DNA of 63,751 bases, filler included, from Thraustochytrium aureum (GCA_012862495.1; 4 parts of 3 records of this genome joined end to end with filler, not necessarily neighbours in it), one strand, 5' to 3'; shown: positions 1-12,036, counted from the first letter of the whole stretch. Notes: generated from the letters alone by a model not told the origin. Made by a program: numbers and translations.

Positions 1-284
1 CAAGGACACAGTGACCGTCGAAGGCGCAGGGCTTCAACGAGGCTGTGCTCTTGAAAGAGAGAGAAAAAAAAGCTGTGCTCTTTTGATCATGGATGTAGAT
101 TTGGCACTGGTGAAGGCTGTGCTCCGTACAGCCGGCCGAGACGAGTTTGCCGCGATCGCCCGGCAGGCGCTTCGTGCCAACCTCTCAACAGCTTGGCAAA
201 GTTGTATCGCCTTCCCGCGAAGTCGCGCAGCCAGGTGAAGGGCAGGCTGCAAAGCAGGCCTGGGAGGCGCCCTGTCGTCGTGCC

Positions 285-377
285 GCTCTGCTCTGCTCTG
301 CTCTGCTCTGCCCACCAACAAGCGCCGATGAACACCTTTTGACGACACAACACTTTTGACGACACAGCATTTTGACG
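285..377. repeat. (CTCTG)n microsatellite followed by a 17-bp tandem repeat (core TTTTGACGACACA, about 2.7 copies) downstream of Ariadne
   Basis: Read directly: CTCTG x5 at about 285-310; TTTTGACG at 337, 354 and 370. Confidence 0.85.
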
Positions 378-606
378 GTGAGGTCGAATCAGGTGGCCTT
401 CCTTTCCACACTTTCCACACGGAAGAAAGAGTGCCGTATCCGCCCTGCTGAAACGGCTGCCAACAAGCTCGGTGTGCAGCGGCTCAAGTTGCAAAAGTAG
501 GAAAGGCTGGTTCTGTGAAACAGGACTTGATGGTGTACATTGGCGCGCACGTTCGCGCTCCGTTTCCTACCTAGCAGTCGGCCGGCCGGCGCACAACGGC
601 AAGCGC

Positions 607-2353
607 TCACTTTTTCGTGGAGCGGCGCAGCCCCGTTTTGGAGCGCTTGCTGGCCGCTGAGGCAGACGTGGCAAGCGATGCAACGGCGTCGGATTCCTCC
701 ATTGCAGTATCCCCGTCGTTGGCCCGGGTCGCAGCAGCTGCTGACGCTGCGTCTTCATCGATGCCGATGCCCTCCGAGTCGACCTGCTCTAGCAATGAAT
801 GGAGGAACTTGCCAGTGACGCGCGTGTAGTTGATGACTTCAGAGCGCTTGTGCGTGAGGCTGTTGATGTCTTCCTCGGTGAGCCCGCTGAGCTTTTCGGT
901 GTGGGACTCGAGCAGGCTCTGCAGGTACTCGAAGAGCGACTTTTTGGGCCCCGCTGGGAGGTAGTAGGCGTGGATGTAGGTGTTTTTCAGGACGCGGCGA
1001 CAGTCGATGACCTGCTCCACGGCCTGCGTGAGGAACTGGACGTCGACCCAGCCCATGTCGGACGAGGCCTGCTGGAGGTCGACCATCTTGGTTTCCGCGC
1101 GCTCGCGCTGAGTAGACGCAAACTTGCCGGCTTCGGCTTGCGCCGCGTAGCGCTTGTAGTAGTGCAAGTAGCGGTCCAGCTCGAGCTTGGCCATCGCCAC
1201 CTTGTCGTTCGGGTCTCCCGTGGCCTCCTTCACCTCGTAGCGGTTGCAGTTGTAGTAGCCCCCCGGTCGTGGTCCCGTGGTCCGACCAGGACCCCATGCA
1301 GACCCAGCAAAAGTCGGCCTTGCACACCTTGCACTGCATGTGGTTGCACCCTTGGTTTTTCTCGATCCGCGTCGAGCACTTGGGGCACTTTTTCGTGTTG
1401 GCCAGGATCCAGTTGGCCGTTTCCGACTCGTTCGAGCACTTTTCTTGCCACAGAGCCAGCCAGGCGCACGAAGTCGGCGCGTGCGCCTCCTGGCCGCACT
1501 TGAAGCAGAACAGAGTGTTGCACGCCGAGCACTTTACGCTCGCGACGGCGCCCGAGCTCTTCACGGCGGCGTTGCAGTTGCGCCCCGGGCAGTAGCGCAT
1601 CGTCCGGTTAATCTCGACAAAGCTCGTGCCCAGGAACCGTTTGTACTTGGCGAGCGTGTCGCGGTTCTCCTCGACCTGGGAGTCCTGGGCGCCCTCCGCT
1701 TTGGCGAGCAAGACGTGCTCCCAGTTCTTGGGCGAAACGGTCGCCGTGCACGATTCGCTTGGGCAGAGGGTAAAGATACAGTCCTTGCCGTCGCCCACCT
1801 TTTCGCGCAGGTAGTTTTGCCAAGCATCCAGGGAGTACCGGTGCCCGCAGGCCATCGCGAAGGTGTCTTTTATCGGCACGTCCACGAACAGGATCTCGCA
1901 CAAGAAGGTGTCCGAGTCGTTGGCCGCTTCGCCTCCCGTCGCGCTCGTTTCGCTCTCGGGCGACGGCGCCCAGACTGCGCCGGCATTTTTGCAGGTCGTC
2001 TCTGCGTCGGCGTAGTAGGCGTCGAACAGCCGCTCCTTGTTCCAGCGAAAGTGGAGGAGCAGGACGTTCGAGGTGTCGTAGTCGATATCCAGGACTTCGC
2101 TCACGTTCGTCACCAGCTTGTCCTGTTCCGCCTCGAGCATCTCCGGTGTCAAAATCGCGTACTCCGCGTTGCTCCTGCTGGCCGCCGCGGCCTCGGCGCT
2201 GGACCCCACCGAGGCGCTTGAGGCCCTCCGCTCCGTCGGCGTCCCGGGCTCGGCGCCGTCCTCCTTCACCTCGGCCCCTTTGGCCCCGTCCTCCCCCATC
2301 GAATAGTCATCCTCATCACTGTAATAATAATACTCCTCGTCCCCGGACTCCAT
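607..2353 (-). CDS. ARI1: Ariadne-family RBR E3 ubiquitin ligase (one apparent +1 G error at 1259-1264)
   Basis: Acidic N-terminus (MESGDEEYYYYSDEDD), LLLHFRWNKERL, RING1, IBR (YCPGRNC...FCFKCGQEAHAP) and RING2 (TKKCPKCSTRIEKNQGCNHMQC...FCWVC). Removing one G restores GGYYNCNRY and joins the Ariadne domain (LDRYLHYYKRY...CRRVLKNTY). Confidence 0.95.
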
Positions 2354-2529
2354 CTCCCGTCCCGCGGCGTCCGCGAGCGGCGCCGCCGAGAGCCCCTCCC
2401 AAACGCCAGCCAAACACGCAGCAGCAGCGGCGCGAGTCGCTTTCGGCCGAGCCAACTCGCCCCCAAGCCCCCCAAAAAACAAGCCCCGCGACCGGCGCCA
2501 GCAGGACCGCAACCGCTATCGCCGCCGGC

Positions 2530-2635
2530 GCTGCAGCTCCTGCTCCCGCTGCTGCAGCTCCTTCTCCTGCTGCTCCTGCTCGCTCCGCTGCTCCCGCTGC
2601 TGCTCCTGTGCTGCTGCTGCTGCTGCTGCTGCTGA
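2530..2635. repeat. CTG/CAG-rich trinucleotide tract upstream of Ariadne
   Basis: Runs of ctgctg and gctcct read directly. Confidence 0.8.
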
Positions 2636-4226
2636 GCGCCTGCTGCTCGCCGCGTTGCTCGCCGCGTTGCGGGTCTGCTCGCATCCATCGGGGAACAAAC
2701 ATACGTGCTCCGCTCCTCCACTGCCCCTCTATTATAGGCCTGTGAAAGGAAGGGCTCACCTCCCACTCGGTCGGACGACAGACCAAAAAAGTGGCGAGGA
2801 TCAAGAGAGGAAAAGGCTAAAGGCCCGTAGTAAGTAGCTACGAGAGTGGAGCGCTAGCTAGCTAGAGAGCGAGTCACTCTCTCGCCCTGTCTTGAGCACG
2901 TTTCTTTTTCCTTTTTTTTCCCGTTTTTGTGTTTTTTTGTGATGCGTTTTATAGAGGGCCAGCAGGGAGGCCAGCCCGCAGGTGGAAAACGTGTACCGGT
3001 ATTGTCAGGCAGAATCAGGGCCATTGTAGAGAGTACTCCTCCTGCTGGTTCAAGGATGCCCCGCTGTTTTCTTCCTTCCAAACCAAAGTTCGCCGTTTGT
3101 CTGCCTCCTTGCCAGTGGTGGGTTCTCTTCTCCACCGCCTCCCTCCCTCACAAAGCCGCGAGAGAGAGTGGGAGAGAAGTGGGCTATCATGGTGAGTTTT
3201 CGAGGCCCTTCTCCCGGGCCTGTTCTGAATGCTCCCGGACCTGTGAGTGGCTCGAGGGCGATAGATAGAGGGNNNNNNNNNNNNNNNNNNNNNNNNNNNN
3301 NNNNNNNNNNNNNNNNNNNNNNNNNNNNNNNNNNNNNNNNNNNNNNNNNNNNNNNNNNNNNNNNNNNNNNNNNNNNNNNNNNNNNNNNNNNNNNNNNNNN
3401 NNNNNNNNNNNNNNNNNNNNNNNNNNNNNNNNNNNNNNNNNNNNNNNNNNNNNNNNNNNNNNNNNNNNNNNNNNNNNNNNNNNNNNNNNNNNNNNNNNNN
3501 NNNNNNNNNNNNNNNNNNNNNNNNNNNNNNNNNNNNNNNNNNNNNNNNNNNNNNNNNNNNNNNNNNNNNNNNNNNNNNNNNNNNNNNNNNNNNNNNNNNN
3601 NNNNNNNNNNNNNNNNNNNNNNNNNNNNNNNNNNNNNNNNNNNNNNNNNNNNNNNNNNNNNNNNNNNNNNNNNNNNNNNNNNNNNNNNNNNNNNNNNNNN
3701 NNNNNNNNNNNNNNNNNNNNNNNNNNNNNNNNNNNNNNNNNNNNNNNNNNNNNNNNNNNNNNNNNNNNNNNNNNNNNNNNNNNNNNNNNNNNNNNNNNNN
3801 NNNNNNNNNNNNNNNNNNNNNNNNNNNNNNNNNNNNNNNNNNNNNNNNNNNNNNNNNNNNNNNNNNNNNNNNNNNNNNNNNNNNNNNNNNNNNNNNNNNN
3901 NNNNNNNNNNNNNNNNNNNNNNNNNNNNNNNNNNNNNNNNNNNNNNNNNNNNNNNNNNNNNNNNNNNNNNNNNNNNNNNNNNNNNNNNNNNNNNNNNNNN
4001 NNNNNNNNNNNNNNNNNNNNNNNNNNNNNNNNNNNNNNNNNNNNNNNNNNNNNNNNNNNNNNNNNNNNNNNNNNNNNNNNNNNNNNNNNNNNNNNNNNNN
4101 NNNNNNNNNNNNNNNNCTAGTACCTTGTGTTGCCTTTTTTTTTTGCCTTCCCCGCCAAGCAGAAGCGTCAAGCCAAAACTCGCACTGCAGCGCTTGTGGC
4201 CCAACTCTTGATGTTGACCAATTCGG

Positions 4227-4271
4227 GCGCATCGATCGCTTATGCGCATCGATCGCTTATGCGCATCGATC
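4227..4271. repeat. 17-bp tandem repeat GCGCATCGATCGCTTAT x2.6
   Basis: Read directly, just downstream of the HRD3 stop. Confidence 0.9.
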
Positions 4272-4348
4272 TATCGCAGACGGACGGAAACCAAATATTC
4301 AACATACTTTTTTGCGCGTGCGCGTCAGTCCAGCTTGTACTTTCCTGG

Positions 4349-5651
4349 TCAGTCCTGGTGCAAGTGCGGCTGCTGCTGCTGCCGCTGGCGGTGCACTTCG
4401 AGGCGGCGGCGCTGCTCGCGGCTGCGCATCATGAGCACAAAGCACATGAGAATAAACAAGCAGATCGCAACAATCGTATCGTCCTCCAATGCGAGGAGCA
4501 AGTCTGCAAGGCCTTCATCCTCGTCGTTTTTGGCAGCAGCCTCGGATCCAGACGCCCCCGCCGGGTTCAGTCCCGCTGCCGCCTTTGCAGGCCCGACGGC
4601 ATCAGACTCCACCTGGTCGCCTGCAAAAAAGGCAAACCAGTTGGCGATCGTACCGACGGCTGGCGGCAAGTCCGGGCTGATCTCCTTGAACACGATCGCA
4701 CGAAACACGCGGTGCGCCCAAAGGCCGGAGAGGGCGAGCGAGACCGGCACCTTGGCGTCTGGGTGGGCGCTCTCCGCCGCGTCGTAGAACCGCTTTGCAA
4801 GGTGAAAGTCGCGGGGAAGCCCCACGCCATGCTGGTGCATAAAGCCCAGGTTGAACATCGCCTGCGCGTTGTGCAGGTCGCTGGCCTGCTTGTAGTGATG
4901 AGCCGCGAGCTCAAAGTTGGCCTGCTCGCCGCCGAGGCCGTAGTAGTAAAAGTCGCCGATCCTGAGCCGCGCCTCCACGTTGCCCTGCTCCGCAGCAAGC
5001 TGGTACAGGCGCAGGCTGTCCAATGACCCGGTGACCGCCGGGAAGTTCTCCACCACCAGGTCTTGCACCGCGTTGACGTACTCCATGATCGGGTCATCCG
5101 AAACGTGCGCCGAGTCGCCTCCGTCCATGGACTCTGCCGCAACGCCCGCCCCGCCAGCACCCGGTCCTTGCACGGCGTCGTCGTGGGAGGCAACACCGCC
5201 GCGCAGGTCGGCCCCGTTGTCCAAAAGCCAGGCAGCGTTCGACTGAGCGACCTCAAACCCAAGCTCAGCCGCGACCAGGTAGACCTGCAAGGCGCTGTCG
5301 ACGTCATCCTCGTTGTTCCAGAACGAGTAGCCCCTGGCCAGGAGGCGCACCGGGTCGCCGCGCTCTGCCACCGCCTTGAACAGTTGGAGGGCGTGGTCGC
5401 AATTGCGTACCGGTATACCCACACCGTGCAAGTTCATCTGGGCGAGCTTGTGCATCGCGAGCACGTGGCCCTTTTGCGCTGCCAGCGTAAAGTAGTTGAG
5501 CGCGGTGGGAAAGTTGCGGCGGCGCACGCCCACCCCGGACACGTGCATGGCGCCGAGGTTGTAGTGCGCCTCCGCGTTGCCCGCGTCGGCGGCGTCGTAA
5601 AAGTACTTGCGGGCCTTTTCGACGTCCTGCTCACGCCGAGGCCGTAAAGGT
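4349..5651 (-). CDS. HRD3: ERAD Sel1-repeat membrane protein HRD3/SEL1L (5' part missing at scaffold end)
   Basis: Sel1 repeats, AAELGFEVAQSNAAWLLD, ARLRIGDFYYYG, AQAMFNLGFMHQHGVGLPRDFHLAKRFYD, and a C-terminal TM helix followed by a basic tail. Confidence 0.92.
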
Positions 5652-5695
5652 NNNNNNNNNNNNNNNNNNNNNNNNNNNNNNNNNNNNNNNNNNNN

Positions 5696-5707
5696 TTAAT
5701 TAATTAA
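5696..5707. other. Artificial six-frame-stop scaffold spacer TTAATTAATTAA within Ns
   Basis: The same 12-mer flanked by 44 N on each side occurs three times. Confidence 0.97.
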
Positions 5708-5756
5708 NNNNNNNNNNNNNNNNNNNNNNNNNNNNNNNNNNNNNNNNNNNNCTTTG

Positions 5757-8700
5757 ATGTGGCGTTCAGGCATACATTGTATGCTTGGAATAGGCGGGCG
5801 AACAACTGGAATTCCTTGCCGATCGAATTTGGGCATACATGTATGCCTGAAATGCGTGGCCGGGTTTGATGAAGATACGACCGCTGGCCTCACGACAGAC
5901 TCGGACGACAGACAATCCAGGCAGGACCTTGCGAGGTCCGAACTCACGATCGATCCCTCGCGGCCCGGCACCGGAGGGCGCAGCGTAGTAGAAGGGGCAA
6001 CACCGGGAGCGAGGAAGCCGCCCAACTTTTGCACGACTTTGGGAGAGATGTACGGTGCCAGGGAGGGCTCGGACGGCCCCGCAAGCACCTCGGCTGTGGC
6101 CGCGGCGCCTGTTGGTCGCGCACCGACGGCCCCGGTGCATGAGGCTGAAACAGCGAAGGGAAAGAGGAAAAAGCGACCGAGCTTCGCAAGCAGCTCGTCA
6201 AGCAGCAGCTCATCAAGCAGCGCCTCGAGCGCCAGCGCCGGAAAAAACGAGTTGGCCAGCCCCACAAGAAAATCGTCTGCGTCAGCTGCGACGGCACTGA
6301 GCGACGGCAAGAAAAGCCGGAAGCAGAAGAAGCCAAGAGTAGCCTCCAAGCGCAGCAAGCCCTCCGCGTCGTCGGCGGTGGCCGCAGCCCCTGCAAAAAT
6401 CTGCAATCGGTGTGGGCGTCGGGATCACCAGCGCTCCAACAGCGTGCTGTGCCCGTTCAACAAGAAGTCGCAAGGCGCGCCTGCGCCTGCGCAGCGTGCA
6501 CGTGGGGCCAAGACCAGCGCACCAACCAGCAATGCTTCTGCAGGGCTTACCGAGTGGACGCCGTGCCGGGTGCCTGATGAGTACGTCCTGAGGTTCGCTG
6601 AGGAGTCTCGAAACGAGTTCTTCGTCCCCCGCGTCTCCCAGCAATGCAAAGCTATCGTTGCCAACGTGCAGAGCGAGGCAAACAGCATGTTTCCGGGGAA
6701 CGATGGGCTGCGAAGCCTGACGCCATTTCAAATCTTCATGCTCATCGCCAAAGGTGTCTTGGCCAGATTGGCGCTGTGGACAAGCAAACGCATACGCGCC
6801 GCAGAGAAGGATCAAGCGCCTCTGTCGTTAGGCCAGTTCATGGCCGTATTGGGGGTGTACCTGTGGACGCAGCTTGTCGGAATGAAGTGCGAGCTTATTC
6901 TAGAGTGCTTTGAGAGTAGCGTCGGCATCCCCCTCCCGCTTCGCCAACGTTTCCTTTCAATTGTAAAGCACATCAGCGCTGTCGACCCTGACCTCGCCGG
7001 CCCTCGCGGCGCTGGGTTTGGCGAAACTGGCGACATTGTTCAGAACGTGAGGACGTTTGAGGGGCTACTTTTCAGACGGACTAGGCTTTTGGTTGCTTCC
7101 CGCAACCAAAACATCGTCGTTGAGGACGAACTCGTTGCAACCAAATCGGAGGAGGCCCCAAAGCGCGCGGCGAGCCGCCGAAAGGCCGGCAAAGACGGGA
7201 TCAAGTGTGTCGCTCTGGCCGACGCACTGACTCGTATTATGCTCTGCGTCAAGCACCAGGCGCGTTTGGATGGCAATCAAAGTGCTGTAGCGTCTGAGCT
7301 CTTGAATGAGGCCCACTCCTCGGGAGCAGCAGCTGCTGCTGCTGCTGCGCTCTGCGGGACCGTCCTCTCCGGGGACAGAGGGTACAGCAAAGCGGACCTC
7401 TGGAGCAAAGCCCGCGACTTGGGCGCCGGTTTCTTGATGGTCTCAGACACCTCTGCAAGCCCTTTCACTGCACTTAGCAAGGTATTGGACACTGTGGTCA
7501 AGAAGGAGCGCGCTGTGACGGGCGTTGCCGGCCCAACCAAGGACACAGCGCAGCATAGTGTCCAAAGGGCCAAGGCTGTGGGTATCCACCGGTTCACGGA
7601 GGCGCTCGTCGTCAGAGACGATGCCCAGCTCGGCCGCGAGGTCTTCGGCGCGACCTGCACTTCCCAACGTGATGGGAAGACCGAGGTGATGACAGCCATT
7701 GCGTTCCGCGACTACCAGGCCAAAGCCGCGGACACGCCAAGCCGAGTCGTCCATTTCGTTGAATGCGGAACTGGCCTCGGCGAGAAGCTTCTGAAGACGA
7801 TGTGCATGAGCAAGATGAACATCCCTTCTGGGACCGAGGTTCGCGCGGACCTGCTCTTCTATCCCTGCGAGAAGAAGAGCAAAGCAAAGCTGGTCGTGCG
7901 CGTGGAAAAGGACCTGCGCGATAGAGGCGTGGTCCCTTGCACGTGTTGGCAGCGGAGTGCGGATTGGTTCGTTCTGCGGGCCTTTTGCATTTCGGCAACG
8001 ACAAGTGGCCAGCTCGCGCGAAACGCGCCTGCAGCGCGTGCCCTGCTCATCCAACCAGCAGCTGACAAGGAAAGCGGGCAGGACGAGGTGGACGAGGAAG
8101 GCGGAGAAAGCGATGACGAAGAAGCGATGAACAGTGACGCTAGCGACGACTCTGCACAGCGCGCAAGCGACGGTGGTGTCCATGGCGACTCCGGGGACGA
8201 CGGCGACGGCTGCAGTTCGGACGGCATAAGCGCCGACGGGTGCAACGGAGGCCAGCGCTCCGTCTGGGCTTCGGAAGAATCGAACGGTGAAGGGTGGGAG
8301 AGCCCCTGGGCTGACGAGTCGGCAGGCGATAGCGAAGCCCACGACACGCTCGCAGATGGAGCGAAGACTCTTATGAGGTCGTGGTTCTTTGCCCGCGGGG
8401 CGAGCACACCAGCGACGCGCTCGGGGGCACTGAACGAGGCGAACTTGTTCAAAGCGATCGGGCGGACGGCGTGGTGCGAGGCAATTTTCAGGGTTGGCCT
8501 TGTGGCGATGGAAGACCATCCATACCTGGCGGTTTCGAGTGACGGTATTGCGCGCGTGCGCGCCCCTGGCGCACAGCTGGATGACAAACCTGTGCTCGCC
8601 AGCGTGAGATTCAAGACGCGGTCGGCGCGCACGCCTCTCAAGCGCGCCGCCCGCATTGCAGCAAGGGTTGGGCAGTACTTTTCCTGCACTGTTGGCGACC

Positions 8701-9785
8701 GGGACTGGTGGCGCACGGTTCCGCTAGAGTGCCGTGGCCAAGTTTTGCACCAAGCAATGGTCCTTGGCCTCGACCACGTCCTGTACGTGGAGGGCACCAT
8801 GCAAAGTATGTTATTTGCTTGCCTCGTCGAGGTGCCCAAGCACGCGCGGGACACCTACCGCGGCGCACTCACCAAGTACGGGCCACTGATGGACTGGGCC
8901 CATGACTCCGTATCCGTGGCTGGCCCACCGCCAGTCGCCCCAGCAGCGTTTAGCGCGGTCGAGCGAGAGGTGATTGCTTCGCACATGCGACTGTGGCGTG
9001 CAGTTCGCAAGCACGTGGCAAAGTCCGGGCCGCTCCACCCGATCCGTAGCTTCCACACCCTTGCCCAGGAGATCTGCAATTGTCTGAAAGGTGGAATTGA
9101 CGGCAGCTCGCAGGATGTTGCGGAAATCACGCCGCCGTCTGTGTTTCAACTCAGCCTGCAGCAACAGGTCGCGTTTCGTGGCTTGAAGCAGCTAGTAAGC
9201 AACGCCTTCGTCATCTATCGCACCGTGCGTGCCTGCTCTACGCAAGACGGGCCGTGCTTTCGCTTCACGTCGCTCGAGGGTTTTCGCAGGGGCTGCAACG
9301 AGGTGCTCACCATGAAGGAGTTTACTTTCATCCTGGCCAAAGCCCTTGTCAGAGCAAGCGTGGACACGCAGTACTCCGCCGGAGGGAAGGAAGCCCGAGC
9401 TCCAATGGGACCTGTCGTGGGGCAGGCTCCAAAGGAACCTGCCAACAAAGCCAAGATGACCACGGAAGACGCGCAGCGTATTATCAAGGGCGCGCCGTTC
9501 AGGGTGGCTGCAAAGCTTACTTTCTTCGACGGGGGTCTTGGAAAACGTGTTCGGCTCAACACTGAGCTTTCGCACAGCCTTCAGCCGCTGGGGCAACGCG
9601 AAACTACAGCACAGCGGCGAGTCTCGCGGCAGGGCGTATGCATCGTCTGTGGCGGAAGGGCTTCCCATTCTTGCTCCCTATGTCTCGTGCCGCTCCATGT
9701 CGCTGTCACCGAGGGGCAGAAGACCAACTGCTTCCACAAGTTCCACACCAGAGAGACCGTCCAGGGCACGAAGGAAACAAAATGA
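5757..9785 (+). mobile_element. piggyBac-like DDD transposase with an internal YqaJ/lambda-exonuclease domain, a zinc knuckle and a C-terminal Cys-rich domain (element ends hidden by gaps)
   Basis: CCHC knuckle CNRCGRRDHQRSNSVLC (6402). Transposase motifs VVEDELV (7122), RRKAGKDGIK...LADA, LSGDRGY (7374) and CNCLKGGIDGSSQ (9099; cf. piggyBac YNxxMGGVDxxDQ). CRD CIVC...CSLCLVPLH...CFHKFH (9639-9746). YqaJ motifs QRSADWFVLRAFCISAT (7950), GALNE, HPYLAVSSDG (8541) and QVLHQAMVLGL. Confidence 0.82.
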
Positions 9786-10594
9786 TTTACACGCGTCGCG
9801 CCTCCGCAGCAGACAGCACGCAAAGCGACGTGGCCAAGCAACTCAAACTCTTGATCAATCAAGCTGCTGCGTGTCTTCGTGTACGAGTACTTGTACTTAT
9901 TNNNNNNNNNNNNNNNNNNNNNNNNNNNNNNNNNNNNNNNNNNNNNNNNNNNNNNNNNNNNNNNNNNNNNNNNNNNNNNNNNNNNNNNNNNNNNNNNNNN
10001 NNNNNNNNNNNNNNNNNNNNNNNNNNNNNNNNNNNNNNNNNNNNNNNNGTGTGGTTGGTTGCGCGCCTTGATGTGGTTGTTTAGTTGCTGCCATTGATGG
10101 CGCGCTCCGCGCGCGCCTGGAGGTGGTGGTGCGCAAAGCGGCTTCTGGCGACCGCAGAGCAGAGTCGCTCGATCGGTGCCAACGACAAGGCCATGCATTC
10201 GTGGGTGCGGCGCCTCGCGTGCCTGCGCCGACAACACGCACCGATTGCGCTTGCGGAAGAGGGCAGACATTGCGTGGGCCGATTATCCAACTGTATGAAC
10301 GGTACCGAGGTATAGTTGCCTCTTTGCATGGCCTGTATTGATTCAGTAAATAGCCCTCGCGGAGGCGACAGAACGCGACGCCAGACGCGCTACGTGGACG
10401 CTGCGGGGGCTGCTACTGGTGCTGGTGCTGGTGCTAGTGGCTGCGAAAGAGGATAGCGCGGCTTGGCTGCAGCTGCAGCTGGGGTTGTCGGCTTTCGGTG
10501 TGCTCTGGCGGCATGGCGGACGAATTCGCCGTCGCGGTCGCGGTCGTCGTCGTCGTCCTTGCTGCAGCGGCTGCCACGTGGGCCTCGCGAGGCC

Positions 10595-12036
10595 ATGCAG
10601 GCCATCGCGAGGAGGAATGGGGCAGAGACGGGCGACGCCAAGGTGATGCGCAGGAGGCTGTGCCAAATGGAACGCGCGTTCCAGCGATGGGCGAGTTGGT
10701 ACCACGGTGGCAACAAGGTGGCCATAGCCGTCGGGCTGCAAGGCGAGCATTTGCTTCGGCTCGAGGATCTGGAGCGGGCAGCGAGGGAGATGGAGCGGCG
10801 GCACCCGATGGTTCGCGCCGTTCTGTGCGAGGGCGGCTTCATCGAAGCAGGTCGCGACGACAATCACACTGCGCGTCCTGTTCTGCGTGTTAGCCAGGTC
10901 GAGCGCGAAAATGAAGACTCGTGGGAAGCGGCCTGGCAACGATGCGAAAGCTCGGCGCTAAAGGTCGGGGAAGGGTTCTTCGAAGTCGTCCTCGTAGCAG
11001 GGCCGGCGGCCTCTGGCAGCTGCGAGGTCCTCGTCGTGGGCCACCATCCTGCCTGCGACGCGGATTCTCTGATGCAGCTCGGTCACGAGCTCATCGCGGC
11101 TGCAGCTGGCGTTGCAGAGCGGGACATGAGCCCGCGTCCTTTTGTGCCTGCGCCGACGACGTGCGTGCAGCGGGACCTCCCCAGCTTTTGGCGCGACCGG
11201 CTGCCGGGCTACGTGAGCTACTTTATTTGGGTGCTGTATGTGTCCATGGTGACGAGGGGGCTGAACCCCTCCCGTGCGGCGAACCCTCGAAAAGTCGGCC
11301 TGCTCTGTCCCACAGCGCACCATCGCGCGCGGCTCGACATGGAGACGACTGCCAAACTGCGAGCTTCCGCGCGGGCCCACGGCGTCACCGTGAACGCGGC
11401 GGTGATGGCCGCAGTGGCGCAAGCGATCGTGGACGAAAACGCCAAGGCATCGAGCGTCGCCGACGCCCGAAAGCACACTGTATGTGTCAACTGCACGGTC
11501 AACCTGCGCAAGCGATACTCTGCCTCGAAGGGCCTTTCGAGCAGCGACATTGGCAACCACGCAGTTGGCACCTACGTGGCAGGCCACGTTCAAAGCGGTG
11601 CGACCCAGCGCGCTGGCGCAAGCGCGCTCGCAAGCACGGCGCAGGAGATGGCCCAGGAGCTCGGCAAGTTGCTGTGTGAGCCGCGCCGCATCATGCCACC
11701 CCAGCTGTGGAACTGGCTTGTGTTCCGCGTCATTCCAACAAACGTGGTCGTCCTGGGCTCCACAGTGGCGGTCCTCGGCAATTGGGGCGTCTCGCCGCTT
11801 CCAGCCGAGTACGCAGGCCGCGCGGCAGGCCGAAGCGCATTGTCCGTGCGCTTCATGAGGCCTCTCATCAACTTTAACGTCTTCAACTGCTCGTACGTTG
11901 CGACAACGACCACTGGGGGCTGCTTGGATGTCACTGTGATCGGCTCGCGCCGCGCCTTTGAGAGCGAGCAGCTCGCGGCGCTCTGCAGCAGAGTCACCGC
12001 CAACCTGAGCCTGTTTGCCGCCACACAAGCACCGAC
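10595..12036 (+). CDS. Condensation-domain (PapA5/alcohol acetyltransferase-like) acyltransferase; start 10595 or 10646, stop in gap
   Basis: RRLCQMER, RRHPMVR, HHxxxD motif (GHHPACDADS), RAHGVTVNAAVMAA, VNLRKR...IGN. Confidence 0.8.

Noticed and set aside
1259..1264. Programmed frameshift in Ariadne or other split genes
   Set aside because: The breaks sit in homopolymers of unrelated housekeeping genes with no slippery-site structure; sequencing error is more parsimonious.
5696..5707. TTAA next to the piggyBac-like ORF as a target-site duplication
   Set aside because: It is part of the artificial spacer seen three times. No genuine TIR or TTAA was visible in the sequenced flanks.
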